Shown here piece by piece: positions 28,499-38,260 of a DNA stretch of 64,000 nucleotides. A program made the translations under genes and the position numbers. The stretch comes from a virus: the IMG/VR virus record IMGVR_UViG_3300020281_000010; one strand, written 5' to 3'. The notes beneath the pieces are model-generated. The model did not search any database, was not told where the DNA came from, and saw only the letters and a list, made by a program, of their open reading frames with translations. The stretch's first letter is position 1. Each line of letters opens with the position of its first letter.

Positions 28499-29055
28499 CT
28501 CCCTTGCAACATTGTAAGACGGAGTTATTTCCTACAACTCTGTATGTTTTTTCACATAATAATGACTCGATTATTAAAGAGATTGAGTCAATACCTGACG
28601 ATCCTGAGGTTCTATCCCACCTCTCACCAGGTGCAAAACCAAGTATTATCGAAGGATCCCACAACGGGATGTATGGTCTTCAACTATTCAAAAGATATGA
28701 ACTACCAACCTTCAGTCAGTTCGTACACGACTGTCTGGAAAAAGTATATCCAGAGTCACAAATTTTCCAGTCGTGGATAAATAGATTACCTAAGGGGTCT
28801 AAGCAAGCAGTTCATACTCACGCGAACTCGGTTGTATCTGGAGTCTATTATCACGAGACCACATCCGATATGGGTGGTATCGTTTTTATGAATCCAAATC
28901 CATTCTCCAAGATGGCAATGTGGGGTACTGAAGAAGGCAGGTTCTTTCCTGCTACACCCAATACTCTAGTTTTGTTTCCATCTTGGTTGGAACATAAAAC
29001 ATCTGAGAACAGATCTAATATGCCACGAGTATCCATAGCATTCAACGCGAAGTAG
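28420..29055 (+). CDS. 2OG-Fe(II) oxygenase (TIGR02466-like); true start may be TTG at 28504
   Basis: SWIN...HTHANSVVSGVYY...FPSWLEHKT...RVSIAFN. Confidence 0.8.
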   Translation: MVNQFYFENTPESPRSKISKFTQDFLTPLQHCKTELFPTTLYVFSHNNDSIIKEIESIPDDPEVLSHLSPGAKPSIIEGSHNGMYGLQLFKRYELPTFSQFVHDCLEKVYPESQIFQSWINRLPKGSKQAVHTHANSVVSGVYYHETTSDMGGIVFMNPNPFSKMAMWGTEEGRFFPATPNTLVLFPSWLEHKTSENRSNMPRVSIAFNAK

Positions 29056-29110
29056 ACAGTTAATAAAGTGTCCACTCAACCCTTACGCAACCACGTAGGG
29101 GTTTTATAAT
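29055..29110 (+). promoter_or_regulatory. Promoter with upstream palindromic box
   Basis: GACAGTT-N4-AAGTGTCCAC, an inverted repeat, then TATAAT at 29105-29110. Confidence 0.6.
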
Positions 29111-29132
29111 GTGTACATAGACAAGGAAACAA

Positions 29133-31313
29133 ATGACCGTAAACACAGGAGTCAAAGGTACACTCGCTAAGTTGCTCGCAACTGAAGACCTTATCATTGA
29201 GCACAAGAACTGCCAGACAGCATCATTCGATGTCAAGCGTCGTGTTCTTACACTTCCTATCTGGGACAAAGCAAGTGAGACTGTATATGACTTGCTCGTA
29301 TCTCACGAGGTAGGTCACGCTCTATTCACTCCTTCTGAGTGGACAGAGAATCAGTTCAAGTGCCCTCAGTCCTACGTCAACGTTACTGAAGATGCTCGCA
29401 TCGAGAAGTTGATGAAGCGTAAGTATGCAGGTCTTCCAAAAACTTTCTACAGAGGTTACGCTGAACTAGATGCTCAAGATTTCTTCCAAGCATCTGACTC
29501 ACACAAACTAAACCTTATCGATCGTATCAATCTTCACTTCAAGATCGGTAACTACAGAGACATTCCTTTCTCTGCAGAAGAGCAAGTATTCGTAAAGAAG
29601 ACTGGTAACGCTGAGACCTTCCAAGAAGCGTGTGACGTTGCTAACGAGATCTTCGAGTTTATGAAGGAGAAGCAAGAGCAGATGGAAACAGTTGCTGCTC
29701 CTGCTCCTAAGGAAGGTGCTGAGTCAGGTGCACCTGCAGGTGACTTCATCCCTGCTGATTCATCTAACAATGATCAGGAAAAGTTCCAAGAAGAAATCAA
29801 TCCTGAGGCAGACATCGATTCTCCTCAAGAAGAATCTGAGGTAAAGCAAGGTGAATCACAAACACCACAGCAACCAACTGGTGCTTCAAACGAAGGTTCT
29901 AATGAGAACTACAAACCAGATCCTATGGAAGCATTGACTGACAAAGCATTCCAAGAAGCAGTCAAGGAACTTGTAGACAGCACATACGACTCTGAGTACA
30001 TTCAGATTCCTGTTGTTGACCACAAAAAACTTGTTGTTGGTTGGGAAGACGTTGTTCAAAAGTCTGAAGATTTCTGGAATGCTACTGAGTGTGAGCACGA
30101 GAAAGCAGATCTTGCTAAGTCTGTGACTGAGTACAATGACTTTATCAAAAAGTCTCAGAAAGAAATCAACTTCCTGATCAAAGAGTTTGAGTGCAGAAAA
30201 GCAGCAGACTCCTATGCACGTTCACTTACATCTAAGACTGGTGTTCTCAACACTACTGTGTTGCACCAGTACAAGTACAACGATGACATCTTCAAGCGTG
30301 TGACTGTTGTACCTGATGGTAAGAACCACGGTATGATCTTTCTTCTTGACTGGTCAGGTTCTATGGCAGGTTGTTTGTTCGATACTGCCAAGCAAGTCCT
30401 ACAACTTGCACACTTCTGCAGGAAGATCAACATCCCATTCCGTTGCTATGCTTTCAACTATGCTTGGAATGCATTCCACAATCAGGATCTACCTCAGTCA
30501 GAGCGTTTCATCCCACAGTACGGTGACATCTCTTACGCTAACGGATTCTGCCTTGTAGAAATGCTTTCCTCTGAAGCAAAGAAGAAGAAAGACTTCGAGC
30601 GTTCTTGCTTGACATTCTGGAGAAACGTTGCATCTAACTGCAGCGGTAACGGTCACTGGTATGGTCGTCACTACAACTTCCAACACTGCCCTGGTCTTGG
30701 TCTTAGTGGCACTCCACTCCTTGAGGCAATCTCTGCAATGCATACTGTCATCCCTCAGTTCAAGAAAGAGACTGGTGCTCAGAAAGTATCTCTCTCAGTC
30801 TTGACTGACGGTGAGTCTGGTCCTGCATCCTACTTTGCTGAGCGTACAAACCTCTTCTCTGGAAGGTTGTTTGAGAATACATACGGACGTAGGTGCCAAC
30901 TTCGTGACCGTAAGATCGGCAAGATCTATGAGAAAGAAGATCATCCTTCTTACCAACTCAACGTCTTCCTTGAGAACCTCAAGGATAGGTTCCCTGAGGT
31001 AACTACTATCGGGTTCCGTCTCATCTCTCCTCGCGACACAGCATCTTACCTTCGTCAACTTGGTTATATGGGTTGCCTTAAGAGAGTTGATATTGCTCAC
31101 GATAAGTTCAAGAAGGAGAAGTTCGTAGAGATCACTGAGTCTAAGTACGATGTACTCTATGTTCTTCCTACAAACAATCTTGAAGAGTCTGAGTCTATCG
31201 ATGTTGCTGACGGTGCAGAACTCAAGCAGATCCGTGCCGCCTTCAAGAAACTTTACAAAGGCAAGAACAGCAACAAGAAAATGCTTTCTTCTCTTAGTAA
31301 GACAATCGCATAA
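29133..31313 (+). CDS. HExxH metallopeptidase-like plus VWA domain protein (CobT-like partner)
   Basis: SHEVGHAL, NVTEDARIE; MIDAS motif FLLDWSGSM, GTPL, LTDGE. Confidence 0.8.
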   Translation: MTVNTGVKGTLAKLLATEDLIIEHKNCQTASFDVKRRVLTLPIWDKASETVYDLLVSHEVGHALFTPSEWTENQFKCPQSYVNVTEDARIEKLMKRKYAGLPKTFYRGYAELDAQDFFQASDSHKLNLIDRINLHFKIGNYRDIPFSAEEQVFVKKTGNAETFQEACDVANEIFEFMKEKQEQMETVAAPAPKEGAESGAPAGDFIPADSSNNDQEKFQEEINPEADIDSPQEESEVKQGESQTPQQPTGASNEGSNENYKPDPMEALTDKAFQEAVKELVDSTYDSEYIQIPVVDHKKLVVGWEDVVQKSEDFWNATECEHEKADLAKSVTEYNDFIKKSQKEINFLIKEFECRKAADSYARSLTSKTGVLNTTVLHQYKYNDDIFKRVTVVPDGKNHGMIFLLDWSGSMAGCLFDTAKQVLQLAHFCRKINIPFRCYAFNYAWNAFHNQDLPQSERFIPQYGDISYANGFCLVEMLSSEAKKKKDFERSCLTFWRNVASNCSGNGHWYGRHYNFQHCPGLGLSGTPLLEAISAMHTVIPQFKKETGAQKVSLSVLTDGESGPASYFAERTNLFSGRLFENTYGRRCQLRDRKIGKIYEKEDHPSYQLNVFLENLKDRFPEVTTIGFRLISPRDTASYLRQLGYMGCLKRVDIAHDKFKKEKFVEITESKYDVLYVLPTNNLEESESIDVADGAELKQIRAAFKKLYKGKNSNKKMLSSLSKTIA

Positions 31314-31356
31314 GTGGCACACTGACCTACCATCTGTGCCACAGATGCCCTATACT
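31301..31356 (+). promoter_or_regulatory. Promoter with the same upstream box
   Basis: GACAATC-N4-AAGTGGCAC, perfect inverted repeat CATCTGTG-C-CACAGATG, TATACT at 31351-31356. Confidence 0.55.
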
Positions 31357-31385
31357 TAATTCATACAAACAAACACACTAAACAA

Positions 31386-32477
31386 ATGCCTTTCGATCCC
31401 ATCCCTTACACAACCGAAGACTTCTTCAACTATCTTGTAGAGAACTTCGGACCAGAAGTTTCTGTTCCTAATCTTCTCGCTGCTTCCGATCACTTCGGAT
31501 GTTCTCTTGCTACTGTCAAGAAACGTATGAAGCAGTACAAAACTGGATACAACAAGTGGCAACTCACAGTTGCTGAGGCACGTAAGCAATTCGAGGCAGC
31601 AGTTGCACCACAAGTATCTCTTGTTCCTGCAGCAGACCCTAACTACGTTCCTTTCGGTAACTACAGCACAATCAAAAAAGTTATCAAGAGCAAAGCGTTC
31701 TACCCTACCTACATCCAAGGTCTGTCAGGAAACGGTAAAACTCTTGGTGTTGAGCAAGCGTGTGCTTCTCTAAATAGGGAGTTGATTCGCGTTAACATCA
31801 CGATTGAAACCGACGAAGATGATCTTATTGGTGGGTTTCGTCTTGTTGATGGTAATACTGTCTGGCACAATGGACCAGTCATCGATGCTCTGGAGAAAGG
31901 AACTGTGCTGCTTCTAGACGAAGTAGACCTTGCATCAAACAAGATTCTCTGTCTCCAGTCTGTTCTTGAAGGCAAAGGTGTATTCCTTAAGAAGATTGGT
32001 CGCTATGTAAAACCCGCCCCTGGATTCAATGTTATTGCAACTGCAAATACTAAAGGTAAAGGCAGCGATGACGGTCGCTTTGTTGGAACCAATGTTCTCA
32101 ATGAAGCATTCCTAGAGCGTTTTGCTATTACCCTCGAACAGGACTACCCATCTGTAGTTACTGAAACTAAAATCCTTAAAGGTATCTGTGATGATGCTGA
32201 CTTCTGTAAGCGTCTTGCTGACTGGGCATCCATCATCCGCAGGACTTTTGCTGAGGGTGGTATCGATGAGTTGATCTCAACTCGTAGGTTGGTTCACATT
32301 GCCAAGGCATTCAACATCTTTGGTTCTAAGGAAGATGCTATCAAGTTCTCCATCAATCGTTTCGATGAGGAAACTAAGCAAGCATTCTTTGAACTCTATG
32401 ATAAGATTGACGCGGACTTCGCACCCGAAGGTGACAAGGTTGTACCTCTAAACGGAACTGATGTTGACTTGGGGTGA
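31386..32477 (+). CDS. cobS: MoxR/CobS-like AAA+ ATPase
   Basis: GLSGNGKT, LLLDEVD, ATANTKGKG, NEAFLERF; the cobS label is conventional and function is unproven. Confidence 0.85.
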   Translation: MPFDPIPYTTEDFFNYLVENFGPEVSVPNLLAASDHFGCSLATVKKRMKQYKTGYNKWQLTVAEARKQFEAAVAPQVSLVPAADPNYVPFGNYSTIKKVIKSKAFYPTYIQGLSGNGKTLGVEQACASLNRELIRVNITIETDEDDLIGGFRLVDGNTVWHNGPVIDALEKGTVLLLDEVDLASNKILCLQSVLEGKGVFLKKIGRYVKPAPGFNVIATANTKGKGSDDGRFVGTNVLNEAFLERFAITLEQDYPSVVTETKILKGICDDADFCKRLADWASIIRRTFAEGGIDELISTRRLVHIAKAFNIFGSKEDAIKFSINRFDEETKQAFFELYDKIDADFAPEGDKVVPLNGTDVDLG

Positions 32478-32492
32478 TTACTCTGTTAAACT
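32464..32492 (+). promoter_or_regulatory. sigma70-like promoter
   Basis: TTGACT-N17-TAAACT upstream of ORF 32504. Confidence 0.55.
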
Positions 32493-32503
32493 AATAGCAT
32501 CCT

Positions 32504-32668
32504 ATGGATCTCCCAATTAATGATGAGGAACTCCTCACTGTAGTCGCTGCCCTTAAACTGGGTGGCGACACTGCCCTTCATAACAAACTCAAACTTGTTA
32601 CTGAACTAAGAGCACTGGGAAAACCTTACAAAAAAATCCTTCGAGAACAGTACGGTTATGTCGTGTAA
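32504..32668 (+). CDS. 54-aa hypothetical protein (not in ORF track)
   Basis: MDLPINDEELLTVVAALKLGGDTALHNKLKLVTELRALGKPYKKILREQYGYVV. Confidence 0.6.
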   Translation: MDLPINDEELLTVVAALKLGGDTALHNKLKLVTELRALGKPYKKILREQYGYVV

Positions 32669-32945
32669 GTATGATGAAGTGGCAACACTTCAAACATTGA
32701 AAGACTACATCACAGGAACATATCAAGGTCACTATTCAGCAGGCAATGATCAGATTCAAACACTTGATCTAATTGAAGCGTGTGGTGATGCCGAGGCATT
32801 CTGTAGGAGTAACATCCTAAAGTATGCCTCTCGTTATGATAAGAAGGGGTCCTCTAAAATGGATCTCCTCAAGGTGATGCATTACGCAGTCCTTCTATAT
32901 CACTTCTCTCAAAAAGAAAAAATCACTGAACAGTATCCTCAATGA
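32658..32945 (+). CDS. DUF3310-like protein (possible nucleotide kinase)
   Basis: GHYS...IQTLDLI...FCRSNILKYASRYDKKG...DLLKVMHY. Confidence 0.65.
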   Translation: MSCKYDEVATLQTLKDYITGTYQGHYSAGNDQIQTLDLIEACGDAEAFCRSNILKYASRYDKKGSSKMDLLKVMHYAVLLYHFSQKEKITEQYPQ

Positions 32946-33625
32946 GCACAGTCAAGATCTCCAAAAAAACACAATCAATCCTCAAAAACTTTGCTACTAT
33001 CAATAAGTCGATCGTTATCGATCCTGGCAGTAGGATCCGTACGATCTCTGTCAACCGCAACATTTATGCTTCTGTCGAAGTTGCTGAAAAGTTCCCTCAG
33101 CAAGTCCCGATTTATGACTTGGGTCTTTTCCTCTCTGGTCTCTCGCTGTTTGAGAGTCCAATTTTTGACTTCAGTGACCCTCAGAAACTTGAGATCAAAG
33201 ACGAGATCCACCAAGCAAGGACGCAGTATTATTACTCGGACCCCGACATCATCACGAAACCTCCGTCCAAGGAACTGGACATCCCTGGGGTAGATGTTGA
33301 ATTTAATCTTCGTACTGATACTCTTGCTGACCTTCTCCGCGCTGCTTCCGTCTACCAAGTGCCTGATCTATGTCTGTACAATGGTGGTGGGAACATTAAC
33401 CTGATGGTATGCGACAAGAAGAATGAGACTAGCAACACGTTCAGTGTTCCTGTAGGTACTCTCAAAGATCCTGACGATGAGTTCTGTTATTGTTTCAAGG
33501 TTGAGAACCTCAGACTCCTCCCAGGTGATTACAAAGTTCGTATCGCCAAGAACAAGATCGGACACTTCCAGTCTACTGGAACTCCACTTGAATATTACAT
33601 TGCTCTAGAACCCAAAGGCAAATGA
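32942..33625 (+). CDS. gp45: Sliding clamp
   Basis: ILKNFATINKSI, IYDLGLFL, CFKVENLRLLPGDY. Confidence 0.93.
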   Translation: MSTVKISKKTQSILKNFATINKSIVIDPGSRIRTISVNRNIYASVEVAEKFPQQVPIYDLGLFLSGLSLFESPIFDFSDPQKLEIKDEIHQARTQYYYSDPDIITKPPSKELDIPGVDVEFNLRTDTLADLLRAASVYQVPDLCLYNGGGNINLMVCDKKNETSNTFSVPVGTLKDPDDEFCYCFKVENLRLLPGDYKVRIAKNKIGHFQSTGTPLEYYIALEPKGK

Positions 33626-34194
33626 AGCAAACTGACCTCTTCAAAGTTCCAGTTTATATCCACTCAGTTCGTGACTGGGAAACTATCAAGATGTATTTCT
33701 TGAACAAGATTGACTGGAACGATCCAGAGTGTCAGGATTTGATGCAAGATGATTATCTCAATGGTGGGTATAGCGATTTCCACAAGTATTATGCTCAAGG
33801 ACGCAACCCAGAATACTATGAAGAATTGATGACAATCTTGCACGAACCGCTTCAAGATTTTGCTAGTATGAATCCTGGGGCATTTGTGTCTAATGCGTGG
33901 TGCCAAAAGTATCCCGCTAACACCTGTCACGCTGCACACAATCACGGTGCAGTTGGATACTCCGCTGTGTTCTATGCTCAACTGGGCAGAGCACACAAAC
34001 CCACATCATTCTTCTCACCGTTGATTGATCCGTGGACTGGACAAATCGAATCGATTGAACCAGAATGTAGGGAAGGTGATATAATTTTCTTCCCATCCTA
34101 TCTTATCCACCAGTCACAACCACATCGTGCATATGAGGATAAGATTATCTTTTCATTTAATCTACATCTCTCTGGAGATACTATTTCATTATGA
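33622..34194 (+). CDS. 2OG-Fe(II) oxygenase (TIGR02466-like)
   Basis: AWCQKY...HNHG...YSAVFY...FPSYLIHQS. Confidence 0.8.
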   Translation: MKQTDLFKVPVYIHSVRDWETIKMYFLNKIDWNDPECQDLMQDDYLNGGYSDFHKYYAQGRNPEYYEELMTILHEPLQDFASMNPGAFVSNAWCQKYPANTCHAAHNHGAVGYSAVFYAQLGRAHKPTSFFSPLIDPWTGQIESIEPECREGDIIFFPSYLIHQSQPHRAYEDKIIFSFNLHLSGDTISL

Positions 34195-35132
34195 GTGATT
34201 TTCTTTGGTGCGAACAATATCGTCCTCGTAAGATTGACGATTGCATCCTGCCTGAGAATATCAAGAGTGTACTAAACAAATTTGTGGAGAAGGGTGAGAT
34301 TCCCAATCTGCTGCTGTCTGGACCTCCTGGTATTGGCAAGACAACAGTAGCAAAAGCATTGTGTGAACAACTAGAAGCAGACTACTATGTCATCAACGGA
34401 TCAGACGAAGGACGATTTCTCGATACAGTCAGAAACAATGCGAAGAATTTCGCTTCGACCGTATCGCTTACTGCAACTGCTAAACACAAAGTCATCATCA
34501 TTGACGAGGCAGATAACACAACCCCTGATGTTCAACTCCTCCTACGGGCAAGCATTGAGGAGTTTAGTGGCAACTGTAGATTCATCTTCACCTGCAACTA
34601 CAAAAACAAAATCATCGCGCCCCTCCATTCTCGTTGCTCAGTTGTTGACTTCTCCATCACAGGAAAAGAAAAGCAACAACTCGCAGCAGAGTTTTTCAAG
34701 CGTGTCCAGTCCATCCTTGACGAAAACAAAGTCGATGCTGAACCTCGCATTCTGGCGGCGCTAGTACAAAAATATTTCCCTGACTTTAGACGTACTCTCA
34801 ATGAACTCCAACGTTATTCTTCCATTGGTAAGATTGACAACGGTGTTCTTGCTGCTGTATCTGATACTAAACTTGACGACCTAGTAAAGTTTCTCAAAGA
34901 GAAAGAGTTTACTAAGATGAAGAAGTGGGTTGTTCAGAATCTGGACAATGAACCTACACAGATCATTAGGAATGTTTACGACAGTCTCTATACATATCTG
35001 TCACCTCAGTCTATTCCTGAGGCAGTCCTCCTGATTGGTGAGTATCAATACAAGGCAGCATTTGTTGCCGACCAAGAGATTAACTTGGTTGCTTTCCTTA
35101 CTGAACTTATGATGAGGTGTCAGTTCAAATGA
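34191..35132 (+). CDS. gp44: Clamp loader large subunit
   Basis: LWCEQYRP, GPPGIGKTT, IIIDEAD, PLHSRC, FPDFRR. Confidence 0.96.
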   Translation: MSDFLWCEQYRPRKIDDCILPENIKSVLNKFVEKGEIPNLLLSGPPGIGKTTVAKALCEQLEADYYVINGSDEGRFLDTVRNNAKNFASTVSLTATAKHKVIIIDEADNTTPDVQLLLRASIEEFSGNCRFIFTCNYKNKIIAPLHSRCSVVDFSITGKEKQQLAAEFFKRVQSILDENKVDAEPRILAALVQKYFPDFRRTLNELQRYSSIGKIDNGVLAAVSDTKLDDLVKFLKEKEFTKMKKWVVQNLDNEPTQIIRNVYDSLYTYLSPQSIPEAVLLIGEYQYKAAFVADQEINLVAFLTELMMRCQFK

Positions 35133-35716
35133 AACTCCGTTATCCAAAAGAGTACAACTTCGTAGATGCTCTGACAGATATTAGATCAGCAGTCTTGTTG
35201 ATCGGACTCCACGGTAAAGATCTTATTGGTCTAGAACTTGGAGTCTTTCGTGCAGAAAGTCACCTGACTATTTTGCAGAACTGTCCTAACGTCAAGAAGT
35301 TGTATGGTATTGATAACTGGGAACCATACACAGACTGGATGAATCCTGATGGTGATGGTCCTTTGAACTCTACCTCTCCTGCACAGATGGAGACACACGA
35401 ATGGATCGCTAAGCACCATATCAAATGGTCTGGTTGCTCTGACCGTTCAGAACTTTGGAAGGGTAATACAGAGACTCTTCATTTGAGTTGTGACGATGAG
35501 ACATTCGACTTTATTTTCTTTGATGCTTGGTTGGATTACGAACAAGTAAAACGTGAACTGAATGATTGGTATCCTAAACTTAAAAAGGGTGGTCTATGCA
35601 TCGGTCACGATTACAATGCTGAACCAGTGAATGTTGGTGTAGCAGAGTTCAGAGATATAAATGAAATTAACAGTCATATGGCAACGTATGATTCTATGTT
35701 CGCTTGGAGAAAATGA
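35129..35716 (+). CDS. Class I SAM-dependent methyltransferase (Methyltransf_24-like)
   Basis: LELGVFRAES, GIDNW, FDFIFFDA, KLKKGGLCIGHDY. Confidence 0.8.
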   Translation: MKLRYPKEYNFVDALTDIRSAVLLIGLHGKDLIGLELGVFRAESHLTILQNCPNVKKLYGIDNWEPYTDWMNPDGDGPLNSTSPAQMETHEWIAKHHIKWSGCSDRSELWKGNTETLHLSCDDETFDFIFFDAWLDYEQVKRELNDWYPKLKKGGLCIGHDYNAEPVNVGVAEFRDINEINSHMATYDSMFAWRK

Positions 35717-35796
35717 ATCACATTGGATTAGAAATTGTTTTTTGGACAACACTTACAGTCTATCTGTTCGCTAGACTCGGAGTCTTCAAGAAATGA
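35713..35796 (+). CDS. 27-aa single-TM peptide (not in ORF track)
   Basis: MNHIGLEIVFWTTLTVYLFARLGVFKK; ATGA overlaps on both sides. Confidence 0.5.
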   Translation: MNHIGLEIVFWTTLTVYLFARLGVFKK

Positions 35797-36443
35797 AAAA
35801 ACACGAGATCTTTCCTGTTGAGATCTTTACCTTTGAAAGACCTGATCTTGTAGATCCTATCTTGGATGCTCTTGATCCTATTGAACGTGGTATGTTTAAC
35901 TTCCCACATCCTGTACAGTCTACTAAAGGTAACCTTCAAAACCTTCCTGCATTTCGACCACTTACAACTTGGATCGAAGAATGTCTAGAAGAGATCAAGA
36001 AGGATCAGGAGTTTGAGATGTGGGGTAAGTTTGAAATCTCTATGATGTGGGGCAACGTATCAATGCCACACTCTGAAGGGATGCATCAACCACACAGACA
36101 TCCTCTTTCATACTGGTCAGGTATCTTCAATCTTACTGAAGGTCACCCTACACAGTTCCAAGACCCCTGTTGGGTCCGTTCTTTCAATCAGATGGAAGTA
36201 GTCTCATCAGCATATAAGAACGCTTGTAGCGCCCCTGAGTGGCGTCCTGGGACACTAGTAGTCTGGCCAAGTTGGTTAATTCACTTCTCAACACCTCACG
36301 TGGGTGATAAATACCGTGCAAACATTGCGTGGAATGCACTTCCAACTGGTCCTATTAACTTCGGACCCTTTGGACAAAATATGACCAACATCAAGTTGGT
36401 TCAAGATGACCCTGTTATGCAACCAAATCCAGATGAAAGTTGA
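35793..36443 (+). CDS. 2OG-Fe(II) oxygenase (TIGR02466-like)
   Basis: MWGN...HQPHRHPLSYWSGI...WPSWLIHFS...RANIAWN. Confidence 0.8.
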   Translation: MKKHEIFPVEIFTFERPDLVDPILDALDPIERGMFNFPHPVQSTKGNLQNLPAFRPLTTWIEECLEEIKKDQEFEMWGKFEISMMWGNVSMPHSEGMHQPHRHPLSYWSGIFNLTEGHPTQFQDPCWVRSFNQMEVVSSAYKNACSAPEWRPGTLVVWPSWLIHFSTPHVGDKYRANIAWNALPTGPINFGPFGQNMTNIKLVQDDPVMQPNPDES

Positions 36444-36603
36444 CAGATTTTATGATCCATACGAAGATCTTGAAAAGGAAATCCTTGCAGATCTAGAGTA
36501 TGCAGCACAGCGAATCGGTGGTAAAATGACTAGAAGTCGTAAAGTTGAATCCAACGGACGGTCTTCTAAAGTAATTACTATTGAATATGATGTCACCCAG
36601 TAG
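36433..36603 (+). CDS. Hypothetical protein
   Basis: ORF track; ATG at 36433. Confidence 0.55.
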   Translation: MKVDRFYDPYEDLEKEILADLEYAAQRIGGKMTRSRKVESNGRSSKVITIEYDVTQ

Positions 36604-36604
36604 T

Positions 36605-37444
36605 ATGAAATCATACAAAACACCACTGCGTTACCCTGGTGGTAAGTCACGTGCTGCTGCGAAACTGTATCCTAAGTTTCCTGACCATATCAAAGAGTTT
36701 CGTGAACCATTCCTCGGTGGTGGTTCTATGGCAATTCATTTCTCTAAGTGTAATCCAGACACACCTGTATGGGTGAATGATACTTACTATTATCTGTATA
36801 ACTTCTGGGTTGTACTACAAGATCGTGGATATGATTTGAGTAATACTCTGATGGGTATCAAGAATATGCACGATACAGAAGAGAAAGCGAAAGATCTATT
36901 CCTCAAATGTAGAGAGGACATCGACAAAGTATCTGAGTATCAACAAGCAGTTTACTTTTACATTCTTAATAAGTGTTCATTCTCTGGACTGACAGAGAAC
37001 AGTTCATTTTCTAAGCAGGCATCAGTATCAAACTTCAGCAAGAAAGGTATCAAGAAACTGGCACACTATGGTCAGATCATTGAGCACTGGGAGATCACTA
37101 ACGATGACTACTCAGAACTGATGACTGATGATCGTGATGTATTCTGTTTCCTAGATCCTCCATACGACATCAAAGATTTCCTGTATGGAACCAAAGGTTC
37201 TATGCACAAAGGATTCGATCATAAACGTTTCGCACGTATATGTGATGAGTCCACTTGTAACTGGATGATCACGTACAACTCAAACGAGAACACTCGTGGT
37301 CTATTCACAGGTTATAATCAAACAGAATGGGATCTCACATATACAATGAGATCTACAGGCAACTACAACAAAGAACAATCTAAACGTAAAGAACTTCTCA
37401 TCACCAACTATGTCAAAGCACCACAAGGACTACCCTTTAACTGA
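36605..37444 (+). CDS. dam: DNA adenine methyltransferase (Dam/D12 class)
   Basis: PLRYPGGKS, EPFLGGGS (motif I), FLDPPY (motif IV). Confidence 0.92.
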   Translation: MKSYKTPLRYPGGKSRAAAKLYPKFPDHIKEFREPFLGGGSMAIHFSKCNPDTPVWVNDTYYYLYNFWVVLQDRGYDLSNTLMGIKNMHDTEEKAKDLFLKCREDIDKVSEYQQAVYFYILNKCSFSGLTENSSFSKQASVSNFSKKGIKKLAHYGQIIEHWEITNDDYSELMTDDRDVFCFLDPPYDIKDFLYGTKGSMHKGFDHKRFARICDESTCNWMITYNSNENTRGLFTGYNQTEWDLTYTMRSTGNYNKEQSKRKELLITNYVKAPQGLPFN

Positions 37445-37820
37445 TTACCTCAATAGTATTAACCATACTAAAGAGGATCTTCGTGAGCGTGGTGACGATT
37501 GGATGAAGAAGTATCCTCCATTCATTGTCAACAAATGTTTTAGTGGATTCAAAGAGACAGTTCTATATGCCAATGCTCTCAATGAGTTTCACCAACTTGA
37601 TAACGATCTTCAATATTCATTTTATCTAAATAGTCTGAGAAAGAAACGTCGTTTCTCTCCCTGGCAACGTAAGGACAAGATTGAAAACCTTGACCTCATC
37701 AAAAAATACTTCAAGTATTCAGATGAAAAAGCACGGGATGCACTTAGGATTCTGACTAAGGATCAGATTGAATTGATTAAATTAAAAATGAATACTGGAG
37801 GTAAAACCAATGGCAGGTGA
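37410..37820 (+). CDS. gp62: Clamp loader small subunit
   Basis: DYLNSIN, YPPFIVNKC, RKKRRFSPW, KYSDEKA. Confidence 0.9.
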   Translation: MSKHHKDYPLTDYLNSINHTKEDLRERGDDWMKKYPPFIVNKCFSGFKETVLYANALNEFHQLDNDLQYSFYLNSLRKKRRFSPWQRKDKIENLDLIKKYFKYSDEKARDALRILTKDQIELIKLKMNTGGKTNGR

Positions 37821-38232
37821 GATCGAGATTTCTTGGTCCCCCGATATGATGGTAGAGGTTAGTCTCAAGCAACCTGATGACTTCTTGAAAGTCAGAGAGA
37901 CACTTACCAGAATCGGTGTAGCATCGAGAAAAGAAAAGAAATTATTTCAGAGTTGTCATATTCTTCATAAGAAGGGTAAGTATTATATCGTACACTTTAA
38001 GGAGTTGTTTGCGTTGGATGGAAAGCACGCGAACCTAACTTCTAATGACGTAGAACGTCGCAACAGAATTACTAAACTACTATCCGACTGGGGACTTGTA
38101 GATATTGTTGAAGAAGAGATCGGTGAACTTGCACCACTGAATCAAATCAAGGTAATCTCTTACAAAGACAAGGGTGAATGGATCCTAGAGTCGAAGTATA
38201 ATATCGGGAAGAAACGTACAGTCGCTGAGTAG
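37810..38232 (+). CDS. regA: Translational repressor
   Basis: PDDFLKVRETLTRIGVAS, QSCHILHKKGKYYIVHFKELFALDG. Confidence 0.97.
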   Translation: MAGEIEISWSPDMMVEVSLKQPDDFLKVRETLTRIGVASRKEKKLFQSCHILHKKGKYYIVHFKELFALDGKHANLTSNDVERRNRITKLLSDWGLVDIVEEEIGELAPLNQIKVISYKDKGEWILESKYNIGKKRTVAE

Positions 38233-38260
38233 ATATATATAGTAGTCCTATAGAGTGACT

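Noticed and set aside
30795-31718. Minus-strand ORFs (175 and 120 aa) opposite the VWA and AAA genes
   Set aside because: Shadow ORFs produced by codon bias
31386-32477. Cobalamin biosynthesis role for cobS
   Set aside because: Only a MoxR-type AAA domain is evident; no cobN or other cob genes are present in the window
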